Positions 10,833-24,546 of a stretch of DNA of 64,000 nucleotides are shown piece by piece. This stretch comes from Catajapyx aquilonaris. Lineage: Eukaryota. Location: assembly GCA_000934665.2 (NCBI GenBank), contig JYFJ02001156.1:1-64000 (forward strand), read 5' to 3'. The translations under genes were made by a program, and so were the position numbers. How positions within the stretch are numbered: position 1 is the stretch's first letter; every line of letters begins with the position of its first letter. The notes beneath the pieces were generated by a model, which was not told where the DNA came from, did no database searches, and was given only the letters and a program-made list of their open reading frames with translations.

Positions 10833-13800
10833 TTAATCCATACTATGATATGTTGCAGACACCGCCTGTAAAGAGTGAGAGGAATAATGAGCTAGTCATT
10901 TTCGGCAATGAAATGAACATAATTACCTGTATTCCACCTGGTCTCATCAAGGGACTCATTTGATCCAGACGGATTACATGACAGGCTCTGCACAGGAGAT
11001 GGCCTTCCAGAGGGTAACAACGCTTATCTGGTTCATCTGTCAGCTGCATTCCACAATCCTGCAATGACAATAGGTCGTAGATCCACTGGCCTTGTTCCAC
11101 TGGCATAACTGCATACATACCTCACACACATAACAATCTACATGAAAATCCTTATCCATAGATACTACTCGAACTGTTTCTTCTGTGCCCTGTAATAAGA
11201 AACTTCGAGTTAGAGAAGCAATTACATAATGTTTAAGAAATGAGCGAGTCTCGCAACTGTGCTAGCAAATATTTTATCCCATACCGGTACCTCACACCCA
11301 TTCCCTGCTCCACAAACAGGTCCTTTGTGAATACTTGCAACTTTTATGGCATCAATGAATTCCTTGTAACCTTGTAACTATAATTAGGGCTTCAATTCAT
11401 GCACAATTATCACGTAACCCGTCCATTTGGTGGTCCCTAACATGCTCGGGCAGGACCAGCGCGCCAGAAAGCAGGGAATAGGTGTGAATTAGTTGCTCTC
11501 TCCGCCCACGTAACTGTCTCACATTTTCAGTGTGTGCATATTTTATAATTTCTTGTTGACCTTGTGCGACTTAGCATAAATAGCGGAAAGGGAGGGAGGG
11601 AAAAATAAGCCTGACCACATGGACATTAACTTTTCGACAACCGAGTCCAGAGTTGGTATCCAGGTTATTAAAGCACAGATATTTCCCACTCCCCCTTTAA
11701 CGCCACATCTCTTTGGCAATATGACAAGGGTATCAGTAATGCCCACTCAATATTAAATGTCGGCCATGGTATTACTACATGGACCAAGAAAAGAAATTGA
11801 ATACTACAGATTTTCAATCATTTCCCATAAACTACTGGAGATAAAAAGTCATGCAGGAAAGAGCGTACAAATCACCATGGACATGGGGCAAGTAATAGAG
11901 AAAAAGGACTGTACGTGTTTTTGGAAACACACTGTACCCACCACAGAAGTGTATCAAACCAACTCAGCATAACTTTTCAAGGCATGCGCAAGTATTTGCA
12001 GTTGTACATGCAACAATAAAGTTAGTATGAAACACATAATATTCTAAAGCATTTTACTTGACAATCTGATTCGGTTATCCCACATGAAATTCATTGCCTT
12101 TAAATTTGTCTTAACACTGAAACTGACTGCAATTGCTTCCACATGCCGGTCACTCTATGAATTGTATTGCATATTTTTGTTCTTAAATTTCCCCAAATTC
12201 TCAGTGACCTCAGGCACATTGGAAGAAAATTAAAACTAATTTTCTCTGGCAAAATATAAAGCCATATTTACAACGCTTAACTTGCAAGTTCAGAAATTTT
12301 ATATACTTTATGCTGTATTATTAAAGCTCAGTTCCCAAGCTTTTTATTCTCATTGACCTCGGCAGAAACCAAAAAGTCATGCATAAGTTATTATGGTGTC
12401 TCCACATTTGCAGGGCATAAACCTGAATATTTCATTTGCAAGTGACCACAACCTTGAAGCACACTCGACAAAAATAAATTGTGCACATTTTGTGCAAGGA
12501 CCAAAATGTACCTCAACCGGAGTGATTCCTTTACCACATGCTGCACACTTCGGCGCGAACATTCTGTAACGGAAAACAGCTCAATCAGTTGGCACAATGG
12601 AAACCTATCGCCTGGTTCCTCGCCCTCACGGCATTTTGTTTGGATTCCTCCTATAGAACTGGTTTAGATTTCTCGAATATCATCACATTCAGAGGAGGTT
12701 ATCAGAAATAAATATGATGTACAAATTACACGTGCAAGCTTCAGTATTATCAGAATTGTTATTCACAAATAGTGGGGTTAGAATGTATCCAATACAGAAA
12801 AATGAACCCAGCCACCTTTCAACATGATAGAACAAATTTATCACACAAAATGAGTGGGTTACCTGTGGTAATCATTGACACAGTATATCTTGTTATCCAC
12901 ATCCACAGTGAAAGGAACGCCATCTAAGCATTCGTTGCAAACACAGCAGCGGAAGCATCCCGGGTGATAGGACTTTCCCATTGCTTGAAGGATCTGAAAG
13001 CGAAATGTGGAGAACAACATGATGTCACACAAATTAAGAAACAAATATGTCATCACTTGAGCGATTAAACCACGTGACAGCTCCTGCATTGCATGCACGA
13101 GTTGTTGCACTTTAAGAGGTGACATGAAGGTCAAGTGACCACGAACGCTCAATTGCCTATGAGTTGTAGCCTCCTGAGCTTAATTGGCAATTGAATAGAC
13201 AACCACTAGCCTCACTTTATCTATCTGAAGGTTTTGGTCTTAGCCCACACTACGTCAAACCGAGAGACTTGTAAAATGACTGTTACGACTGCAATGTTAT
13301 GTACTTAATGGCTGGCAGCTCGTGGGGTTAATACGGTCACGTCAACATGCTTTTTTTTCCTTTTCATTTTTTGCTATTGTTAGTACAAAGAGAGGGCTCA
13401 TATGAAGTAGTTTTAATGCCTTAAAGCCTGGGAGGTAAACAAGGGGAGTCAAGCTGGCCATAACATCTCTTCAGCTCTGTTTCTCCACAAAGCCCATTCT
13501 TAAAAAGGCATAATATTCTAATTCCACTGCGTGGCTAAAATTCATAAAGCCCCATGATATGAGATGTGAGCAAAAGGAATCCACACTAGCCTACTTCCTT
13601 GAACCATTTATTAAAAGCAAATATTGCGGTACTGGCAGCGAGAACTTTATCAGACATTTTGGCCAAAAAATAGTGTGCGAGATATTACTGTTTGTTCCAT
13701 ATCTAACTGCATGGAAATAAAGGCAAGGGTGCAATTCGGCAATGTAATTTGTTTTCAACTACTCTAACTTGAAAATCTTCTATAACTCATTGCTAGTTCC

Positions 13801-16800
13801 TGGGAAAATCTAATAATAGAAGTTCCATCACATCTAAGCTCATGGTTTAATTTGCCAATCTGTCTTGCTAGAAATGATTCCAAGTTAGCACTGCGCATTA
13901 TTGAGTCCCTAAATATTTATGAGGCACTGCTTGGTTCAATGATGAATGCAACTTACCATTTCCATAATCAAATGTCCACATATGGCACACTTCTCAGCCG
14001 TCTGTTGGAAACCAGAGTACTGTAAGAAAAACACCAAGTGTCAGATCCAACCGCAAAGGAACTCCCAAGTGAATGAAGGGGACAGGGGAAAAAAAAACAT
14101 GCTTAACTGACCAAGTAGTCCTCTTCACAGTACACTTTCCCATGCACATTGTAGAAGGCCTTTCCTCTGAGTGCCCGTCCACATGAGCAGCAGATGAAGC
14201 AATTGGTGTGATACAAATTTCCCATTGCCTGGCAGGCCTGTCCTGCACCTGTCACCTTCTCACCGCAAGTGTGGCAAATACCTGTAAAAGAAGGTAACAT
14301 TCAGTGGTGTGCCAAAATAACGCTGAAATAGTGCAAGCGAATAACACGTTCCGTTTCTGCACGCATCGCTTTTTATCTAAATGCTAAAATGCACATTCTG
14401 CATTAAATTTGTGCACTGCAAATCCTGGCAAAGTTCCATCACCTTTAACCACATCTGTGTAAACTCACCCAGTCAGCTGTACCCAACTGGTCCCATACAT
14501 TGCGCCTCACGCCCGATGGCAATTAAGCTCCGAATCAATCAGTTACACTCCCTTTTTTTCCTCACCCACACTGCTTTTTGTGCAACATACTCATCTGTTA
14601 AATCGGCCTGAATAAAGTGGTCAGTGTTGCATTAAGTTGTATTCATTACCATACTACAGCAAGGATGACAATGGCGAACGGTCAGGTGAATGACGGCCAT
14701 TTATATGGTTCCAACGAGATCAATTGGCATGCAATATTGTTGACATTTACAGCCTCCCTATATCTGTGTAGCCCACTCCTGGAAGTCACACACACACAAA
14801 AAAAAGGAAGAGAAGGAAATGCGGGTCCCAGAAGTCCCTGAGCCAAAATTGAATTCCTTCCCAACCTTCCCTGAATGCGGAAGCTAAATGAATCCCCCAT
14901 GCTCCTCCGTATTTTAAGAGAGAAGAAAATCCTGCCGCTCTCTTTCATGAAAGTGTGTGCCGCCACTCCCTTGATTTCTTTTACTTCTTTCATACAGGGA
15001 GCCGAATATTTTTTTTAAAAGGAGCATCCACATGGCCCAGATGACAAGTCCTAACCCTTTGACTGAAAGGGTTCTCCTGTTTCAAGTGAATATTTTATAT
15101 CATCCCATCACCAGCTAGCTCCAGCCTTACGTGTCACATCCACTAGGAGATGTCCCACATTACTGAAATTGATGCCTAGCTGGTCGACAGTGACAAAACC
15201 TCATATTTCCATGCAAAAATTCTCTACGCTGAACTTTGATGGTAACAAACCTAATTACGTTTCATCTCAAGTATGTTCAGACATTACTGTAATTATTTGT
15301 ATAAGCACTGAGGCCATTTTTTGCACTTAGTTGCATATTAAACTGGTTGCTTGAGTGAACAATCCGCAATTATTTCCTTGGCACCATCATGTACCAATTT
15401 AATCCTACTTAAGCCCGCCTAAGGCACGTACATTAAATCCGCGACAAGGTCTCCGGACACTTCCAAGGATTACTCGCTCATTAAACCATCTTATATCATA
15501 TCCTGTGTTTATAAGTCACTTTTTCCTTCCTCCTCCAAACGCCAAACACATTTGGGAGCAGACGGTGCTGATCGATTATCTCAAAAAGTGCGTGCCAATC
15601 GGTGCGTTTTTCAAACCCTTTTCTCACGAGTTATTCCCTCGAGGCTTACACCGAACCAATCGTATTTTCCTTCCGCGAAAATTACGGTATTTTACAATCG
15701 CAACAAAAAAAAAGCGCGGTTATTTTTACGGCCTCGAAGCCGCCTCATTTTTTTTAGTCGTCTGTACTGCAGCCTGTTCAAAAAAATGAATGAAGTCGCA
15801 CGTTGCCACACTTCAAACTCACACTTGTCCACAGGGATCAAGGACGCAGCAGCGGACATGTCCCTCGAATCATGACCTTTGACCCCCACTTTTTCAGGGC
15901 ACAGTCTCACACACTTAATGCGTATCCAAACCCGCGCACAAGACACAAACGCCGACCGACTCTTCCCCGTTTTTCAGGGGGTCTGTGAAACCCTCGTCCT
16001 CAATTTTCTGCCGACCCCCAGGACTCGACGCTTGGAAATAGAACCTCAGCTGAGACATGGCAAGAATTCTCTGCTGGCTTGGCTGGGGTGGTCGGTTGGC
16101 AAGCTGGGGGCATGGGGAGGGTCACATACACACTACTAGTTACACATGCCCACCAGATCGTCCCACGTGGTCAGAACAGGACAACAAGGTCGTGAGAAGC
16201 ATTTAGGTGTGGCTGGCACTGTCAAGGCGCCCAGATTGTCCAATATCATTGTGTCATTAAACCCCGGGGTGCGACATTGGGGGAGGGGGAGGGCAGGATA
16301 TATCGAGCGACGACGACGGTGACATTTTCCGACGGTCATTTTCCCCCGCCAGACCATTGGCATTTCAACAGACAATTGGGATGATCCCATTTTGGGCCAT
16401 GCCAACTGCCAACGATGGCCAAATTTCATCATCTTCCACACAACAAGAGTCCCAACATTTTTCAGTCGTGTCATGATCAAAGCAATATACTTGAAACAGA
16501 TCAAGGTCTTTTGATATTCCAGTGCTTCCGACGAATGCTGGGCGTGTGCGTAGGTCGAGGTAGGCCCGTGACCAATTGCTAAGATATGGAAAGGAGAGAG
16601 AGAGAGGGGGGGGGCNGGGGGGGGCTCTTGTGATACTCCTCCTGGTGTGCACCGCCTTTAATTTATCCGGTTTCAAGATCTCAAGGCGAACGGGGCATGG
16701 TCCCACACACACACACCACGTATATCTCATTACATCTCCCACCTTCTCTTATCCTGTGCACAAAGTACTCTACAAAAACAAAAACAACACGTGAAGTTAC

Positions 16801-19800
16801 CCCCATGCCACAGTTCAACACACTATAACAATACGGTCAGATACGATACTACCCACTTATCGCTTACTATTTTTAGCCAATAGAAATAAGATAATAATCC
16901 ATATAACTGAACACCCTACATTGTACAATTATTACACGAGCACGGACTGAAACCGTGCCAAATATTGGGTGGGGAAGAAGAAAAAAACAAACAACAAGCG
17001 GCCTTGTTTGTTTGGAGATTTACAGGAATCAACCGTGATTAGGAATTTAAAGTGGAAATTCTGTCAAGGATTTTTCTAAATATGCTGCCCACTCTATGAA
17101 CCTCATGTAAACAAGAATGGACACACACTGTACATATAATAACGGAATCGTAATTAGCGCAATGACGGATTAGTGAGTTTTACCGATGGTTAGTTCAATT
17201 TTTGGGACTACATTAATGCCCTTGTGATTAGTTATTACTTATTACGTACGTCCTTTACTTGCTGGTAACGAGGGTTTAATAAGCTTTGAACCCCGTTCGT
17301 CCTCAGTGGGAATGTCCTTTGCAGGTGCTGCTAATGGATTGAGGGGAGGGCCTTTGCCCCAAATTTGGGCGGGAGGGGTTCCAATTCGCCACAAAGATCG
17401 ATTCACACTCAACACTCTCTCTTTTTTACACCTGCATCACATTAGCTGGAAATGACCCATGTTGCCAAAACGCAGCAGCCACGAATCAAAAAAAAAGAAA
17501 AAAGGCTGACCTATCCTAAAGTCATCCCGGGTCATTTAAATTGCGTATTAATCAAATCTGACAAATACAGAGCCTCCGAGGCCATAAGGGTATCTTATCA
17601 TCATCATTACTACATACTACAGCAAATTATCGCTTACAAGAATCGTAAAATCGCCTACTGAAATGTACAACGTGTACTTAGTACTTTCATGTTATAATAA
17701 CACGATGAAATCCATACATAACAGCTTTCCGTTACATCCAGGGCTCGTTGTAGTCAGGTTCTATTTCACTAGTGAACGCGTTGCCAAAATTTGGCAAAAC
17801 GTGTAATCAGTATGGGAACTTTAATAAGATGTCCCGCCGATTTACCACGTAATGCTATTCTTTGCCCATAGATGGCGCGTCTTCCCTCTACACACTCATG
17901 CCACCCTCAGGTCGCGCGAGAGATGGCGATACTATCAGGTCGGACAAACATCCGACGGAGAGAATAAGTCTTTTAGTTAATTAACAGTCAATGGACTTTC
18001 ATATCGTGCCTTGTCCTATTGGTCGCCTATCTTTTCCTGTGGCTGGGCCATGCCCAATTCGTGCCAGGCCTGATCAATCCAAACAAGAGTGGGCCAGAGC
18101 CAGCAATATGTTTGCAGGCCCTCAAAAGACTCATCCTCTCCTTTTAAATTGGCCAGACTCTTCCTCTCCCCCTCGAGCTCTCCTGATGAACAATTTCCGC
18201 TTCTCATCGCATCCCTGCTGCATGTTGAGTGTCCACACACACACATTGTATATCGTGCTCGGTATTATAACGGGGGATGATGCTCAGCAATGGTTTACCC
18301 CCTCGAGTCGTCTTCAATTATGAAAAATCCGACAGCCCGCAAGAAATCGAGTTGGACCAGCAGCCTCCCAACTGGTCCTTCCACTTCTGGTGTGTGGGGG
18401 CTCCTTCTTCGTGGTTCTTCCGCCCACATTAACACGGGGGACTCCCAATATTCCAGGCCCGGTCAGACTAGTCACAACACGGGGTCGTTGATCGTGTCTT
18501 GTCCGCCCCTCCAGGGAGGGGACACCCTGAGGGAAGCCTGCATCCTCACTTTCAATTGGCCAACACATTTATGGAGACGTCCAGATATTATAAGCATGTT
18601 GGTCTTCTTTGGAAAAAAATAAAAATACAGGCGTGGAATGCCTGAGAATTCAAGGCTGATATCGTAAGGTTATTGCGAGTGGAAAAACACCTGTTTTTTT
18701 ATGTGCACAATATTGCAACACAATTTTACACGTGTTGAAGAAGGAACAGGTGCAATGTGTCGGACATGTGTGTTGATCGAGTGATATGCAGTCCAAAATG
18801 ATTAACCTCGTTTTTAGTGCTGGTAACAATACTCGAAAAACTGAATAGTGACAAAGATCGACCACTTGTTTTGAATCGGCTATTGATCACGCAACCCCAA
18901 CCAATAGTGATCTAACGCAATTTCTGCTATTGGCACACCTGTTTGTCACGCGATCCTTATCAGCCTTTCGTAATAGCTGCTGTCATGAACAATTCTGGAC
19001 AGCTGGTTTACTAATGGTCGTGCGACCATTGATGACAATGGCAGTGAACATTTCTGTTGTGGTCTGCAGGGCGGACAAGTTGACTCTCAAGTAACAGGGT
19101 CTTCAACTATATACATGATGGCGTCCTATTATGCGCCCAAATTTTTCTCGTGATGATACAACAGGAGTGAATATCTCCTAATCTCCTGGTAAAATCATCA
19201 CGTCCTATGTTTTCATCCTCCTCCTGTTAGCACCGGTTGCGCAACAAATGCAAACGAGCTCAGAGGGAAAGTCATTTTCCGTGCATTTATTCTCCTAACG
19301 ACAATTCAGTGTATGCAAACACCAGTTTGCGAAGTTTCGCGGAAAACCCGATGCAAACTGAAGCTACGGGAAAAACTCCTGCAGTGTTTTGTTGGTGAAT
19401 TAAATGAACGATTTTGAAGCGCTTTGGCTTGGCCGTCCCCGAAGGCATGCCCGCGCAACCAAATTCCCTTTTTCCTTCCCACAATCCAAACCTCACAGTT
19501 GAATGGAATTTCTCACGCTACCCAAAAACCGCAACCCACTGAACTATGCTCAGCCCCAACAAGTTCAGGTTCAAGCTACATACACACACAAACCGGGCAA
19601 AATAACTGCCAACAGCTTTTTGGCCTTATTTGCTAATTCAAGCCGCAGCCTCACAATGCAAGGAATTCCTGTCAAAGGTGGGCCGGAGCATTCCAGATAT
19701 AACCGCATGCCGTGGATGGTCCAGTGCCAAGAGGCTGGGTCATGGGGTCACCGGATCATTACTTTATTCAGCCTCCTTTGCCAATCAGACCAGTCCGCAG

Positions 19801-22800
19801 TATGTACTACAGCCGCAATCAAGTTCAAGGCTGCGTCTCAACAATGGCTTACATAAGTGCTCTCTATCATTGCTAGTCTGATGCACAATAGCTGCAGTGC
19901 GGCATAAAATCCCTTTCGCTTCTCCTCAACTTTCTAAGAACACTGAAAGTGACATGTAACCGGAGATCTGTGTTGCAATGCGGGTCATGCGAATTTCACT
20001 CTTTATCAGGACTTCCTCCACGATAGGGGGATATAATCGGTATACTCAGAACCGTCTGAGTGAGCGGTCGCAATTTTTGGCCATGACTTGCTCCTGAATG
20101 TCGGATGATTCATTCGACCCACCTTCCCTGCCCTCTCCACTCACTCTGCATGCAAGTTTATGGTAATGCATTTTCATGTGTTTATACTCACCGAAATATT
20201 CCCCCTCATCCTCCTGCTTCTCCATTTCTTCCTCCAGTTGCCTGGTCAGTTCCTCAATCTTCTTTTCCGCTTCGGTTGGGCCCTGGGAATAAAATGGCAT
20301 TCCATTCAAAAAATGCTGGGAAAGCTCATCTTATTTACATAATATTGTGTAATTTGGCAGCACAAAACCTCTTCTTTTTTTTGCAACATATTTTTAGGAC
20401 AGAAGCTGCTCCTCATAATCATACAAATGTAATATACAAAAGTACGGTCTATTTAAGCAGAGTTACGACTGTAATCTACATTGCGTTTAAAAATTATGAA
20501 TGTTTATTACGGCCAGTGCATTTTTAACAAAGCACATTTATCCATGATCTTGATTGCTATTTAATTGTCGCCAAATATTTTTTCCGAGGAAGAAAATGCT
20601 GTTTATGGTCAATTAAGTCCATTCAGTAATTGTGATAAAAGTTGACAGAACTCACCGCTGGTCTAGGTGGTGTGACGCTGTACGGCAGCAATGCTTTCCC
20701 AGTGCTTGGCGAAAACATTGGCGATTTGGCCATGTCGGGTGAGGTTGCTGTCTGACCCAATCCATCCACTGCCACTGCTGGAACCGCAGGCACTGTTTCG
20801 TAAGGTTGAGCTGGTAACTTGGCCACTGTTGCCATCTGCCTTGCTCCCATCATCCGGGTCGATGTTGAAGTCATGCCAGGACTGTACGGACCCAAATTGT
20901 TGACAAACCTTGACGCCGACACTGGGACTGGGTGCGGTTCACACCTTTGCGGTTGAGGCTGGGTTGTGTAAGGTAGTTCAATCCTCTGCGGTTGTTGCTG
21001 TCCAGTATAAGCTATCTCAATCCTCTGTGGCTGCTGCTGGCCCGTGTACGCTAGCTCAATCCTCTGGGGATGTTGCTGGCCGGGATAAGGTGGCGGCGGT
21101 GGTAAATAACCAGGTGGCGACCTGTAGTCGTACTTCATATCATGCAGATTCTCATATATGGGTGGTGCCTCGTACGGTGGGTTCTTAACTTGTCGGCGAT
21201 AATCTTGGACAGAAGGCGCAACATATATGGCCTCCTGTATGTAGCTGGATCGTGGGCTTGAATGCTTCGAATCGGCTGAACTAATGCTGGATCTGGGGCT
21301 TGATCTTCCTTCATGGGTGGGGTATGGAGGTGGTGGCGGAACTGCACGCAGGTAGTATTCTATGTTTTCATAGATAGGCGAGTCTGGGGGCGGCCCCTGA
21401 GCGTAAGTCACGCTTCCTCTGGGACTATTTGACCCTTTGCTAGACCCACTGAGGCTTGAAGCGGGGCTGCTCAGCCCATTCTTCCCATTATGAAGCGAGG
21501 ATAACAGCTCTGGAGGCTTTGGAGTTGCAAATCGAGATGCAGCTACAATGTGGTCTCGGTCGTACACTTTGTAGTCTGGCGAGGCCGTGACAACATTGGG
21601 GTTGTCCACAAGGAAGCTCTCGATTGCGCCCATTGGACGGGATTTGTCAGGGCGACGGACGGGTGAACTGGTAGCACTAGCTGGTAAGGAACGGCTGGTT
21701 TCAAATTTCACGCCAGGCAGCGGTGCATCCGAGGTCAGCAGCCCACTGTAGATAACAAATGCAAAAACAGTTTGGATCAGTCAATAACATCTTAAAACTG
21801 ATAAAAATGGTGAGCTCTCAAGTTACAATCTTTCTTCAAAATAACCGTTCTAAGAATCTAGTTTCATTTCCAAAATGAGTCTGGGAAAGGCCTGCAATAA
21901 ATTTGCTATCTTTTTTTTTTGTTAATTCTGATCAAGTCAAATCCTTGCATGAAGGTATGCCATGTAGGTTTCTAAGGAACAAGGTGAGATAGCTCACTTT
22001 GTATGTTTGTGTTCAGCTACCAGATGGGAAGCTCGATAAAAAAAATTAGGCATCCAAGACCTGACCCTGAATGAATAGCACCTCAGGCAAGGGCGGTACG
22101 AGTTCCTATCTGATTTGTATTATTGTGAGGTGAGATATGTCCGTGTTTTTAAAAGCAACTGATGGTGTTTACATCAGCAATACCTGACCAATTATTTTGC
22201 ACGTGGCCGCATTCACTTGGTGGTATTAATGATGATCACTCGTTTGGTTCAATTCGGTAAATTGATAAATCGCTGTACAGCATAATCCATATGAGCAAAT
22301 CGTGGTCACGGCATAACCTTGAGGCAAAAGCATTATCACACCGACAGCCTGGACCAATGTCGCAAGACTACAAATTTTTCTATACAAACACTGACATTGC
22401 TTCCTCACAGACAATGCAGACCTTGACACCCATTCTTGCATACTACCACATCGAACAAAATTATCTCAAGATACGTACTTGTGTAATGTTCTGTACGACT
22501 CTGAAACCACACTTCGCACGGTTTTAGCCAACCCGGGGGCACTGGGCAGCAAATATTTAAAATTTTAATGACTGTTGGCATCACTGTGGTTATCCAGTGT
22601 TGCCAACCAAATTCGTTCCATGTTGGCACCGCTGCGTTTATCCAGTGGTGCCAACCAAATTCATTCCATGTTGGCACCCCTGAACCTTTAATAGAACAAG
22701 TGGACCTGGTCCAGTTCCCGTGTGAATGCCAGCGGTCCCAATTCTGGCTAAAATGTTTTGTCCTCCCTGGCTACTTTACCTGGACATGGTCCTGGCCTCG

Positions 22801-23033
22801 ACTGGCTTGGGCATGATCTTCCCGTATCCTCCCGAGTCCGCAGCGACCAGAGTCTTGAGGGCCACCTTGTTGACCCCTCCTACGCCCAGTCCACCGCCGC
22901 CGCCACCCACCAGCCCTCCTCCTCCTCCCTGCTGCTCCTTTGAGATGCGGAGTATCGCCAGGTGGTCCTGCAGCTGCTGAACCGATTCCTTCCCTCCTCC
23001 GACTATGCCTCCTACCTGGTCCACCTGCGCCAT
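10833..23033 (-). CDS. jub: Ajuba/LIMD1/WTIP-family LIM protein (Drosophila Jub-like), ~694 aa, 10 coding exons
   Basis: Exons 23033-22780, 21745-20656, 20282-20192, 14281-14112, 14019-13957, 12993-12863, 12563-12512, 11189-11121, 11058-10927, 10865-10833, all GT-AG and phase-consistent (2085 nt). Gly/Pro/Ser-rich pre-LIM region, [17 protein letters not shown] segment, and three LIM domains (CHTCGEKV…[13 protein letters not shown]…[43 protein letters not shown]…[14 protein letters not shown]). Confidence 0.93.
20945..21082 (-). repeat. Coding tandem repeat, 39 nt / 13 aa, about 3.5 copies, in the Ajuba pre-LIM exon
   Basis: [48 protein letters not shown]. Confidence 0.85.
22573..22678. repeat. 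48-bp tandem repeat (about 2.2 copies) in Ajuba intron 1
   Basis: TGTTGGCA(T/C)C…TTATCCAGTG(T/G)TGCCAACCAAATTC(G/A)TTCCA repeated; each unit contains an internal inverted repeat GTTGGCA/TGCCAAC. Confidence 0.85.
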
Positions 23034-24546
23034 TGCTCCTTGATCAGGTCATCCTTCCCATCCGCCCAGGCAAAGTGGGAGAGGGCCGCACAAAACTCCG
23101 GCCGAACACGACGCGTTCTATCGCTGCTGTGCTGCTGACTCCGCCGCCTTCCGCGTGACGTCACCACTGGATTATTGTGCCAGCAGTTCACAAGTGCTGC
23201 CGCCAGGTGGAAGCATCGTTCTGCTCACCCGGTGGCATCTGGCGGACGAACCGCGCACTTCGAACGGAACCCGTTCCAGAACCGGCCCACTTTATTTGCC
23301 TACTAATTGTCTTTTGATTTGTGTAATTACGCCTCCGTAGAGGCGCTCAAAAATTGCCGTTGTCCCGCTATGTTTCAAGCGGGACAAGGCGGGGTATTGG
23401 GAAAAGTTTTCAACTAGCAATAATCGCCCCTCGGTTGGACCTCATTGGGTACGATATCGCCACTGCGCAAAGCTGATGTTTCCAGCCGCTCAAAGAGGGT
23501 CTAGGGCCACCCGATGGACCGGGTCAGGGTTCGGAACGGTGGGGATGACAGGTCATCACGATTCACACGTCGCGTTTACACGTAATCCATTGAGACGACG
23601 GGATGGACTGGTCCATTCGGCACAATTTGCATGTGCCAAATTACTGATCGTACTGTAAGTTGAACGTAAATAATTCCTCAATAATTACACTGATTGCTGG
23701 ACACGCTGTGGAGCCATCTAGCGGTGGCTCTATTAGCAGCTATTGACAACCGCGATCGTTGCTATTGAATATTAGTTTTTCATATTAGTCTCTGATTTGT
23801 CGAGTGGGGAGCAATCATGTCTAATGGCATTTATTATTTTTAGATCTTCAGCAACACCCAAGACACGCCCAAGGTTTACTGGTGCAAGATGCATCCTTTG
23901 GATGGTTTATCGTCTATCTACTCTATCATGATAGTCTATCAAAATGGTAAACGCCAATAATAAGTTACTACTCTCATGCGTCATGCCCGATTGCAGCAAC
24001 GAAATTACCGATTCGATAGCTCCTAACAGATCGTTAACACACGGGCTCCTAATGATCCAATAGGAGCTATCGGATTTATGTTGACAGCGAATTCGAAGAT
24101 GGCATATAGTTGCTTAATAACAATTAGTGTTGTTGCAACGACATATATTACGTTATTTATGGATCAGAAAATATCCGGTTAATCAGAGTGCTACAGGACA
24201 GTATTTTGCGGTATTTTGGCCATCCGAGCAGGCACCACAATAAAAATTCGCAAACTTGCTCTTGTCACCTAAGCATTTTGTGGTCTTCTAAAAATTTAAT
24301 GCGGGTTTTTTGTTGTTTAATTCGCTAATTGACATATGCATTTTTATTAATTACGTGGTTATAGTTCCACAATAATTATGTTTCCTTATGATAATTGGCA
24401 TGTTATTTGAAAATGCAGTTTTGGTCTTAGTATTATCCATGTATGAACTAAAAATACACTGCGATCTTGCGCGACAGAAACCGCCGGAATAAGAACAACA
24501 AATAACACGTAACTGTATTTACGGACCCAATTAAATACATTAAACC

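Noticed and set aside
11420..11450. LTR primer-binding-site-like CA-TTTGGTGGTCCC
   Set aside because: No paired LTR, TSD or gag/pol remnant was seen.
16590..16625. (GA)n/poly-G tract containing an N
   Set aside because: Low-complexity sequence with an ambiguous base call; a sequencing-quality issue, not a feature.
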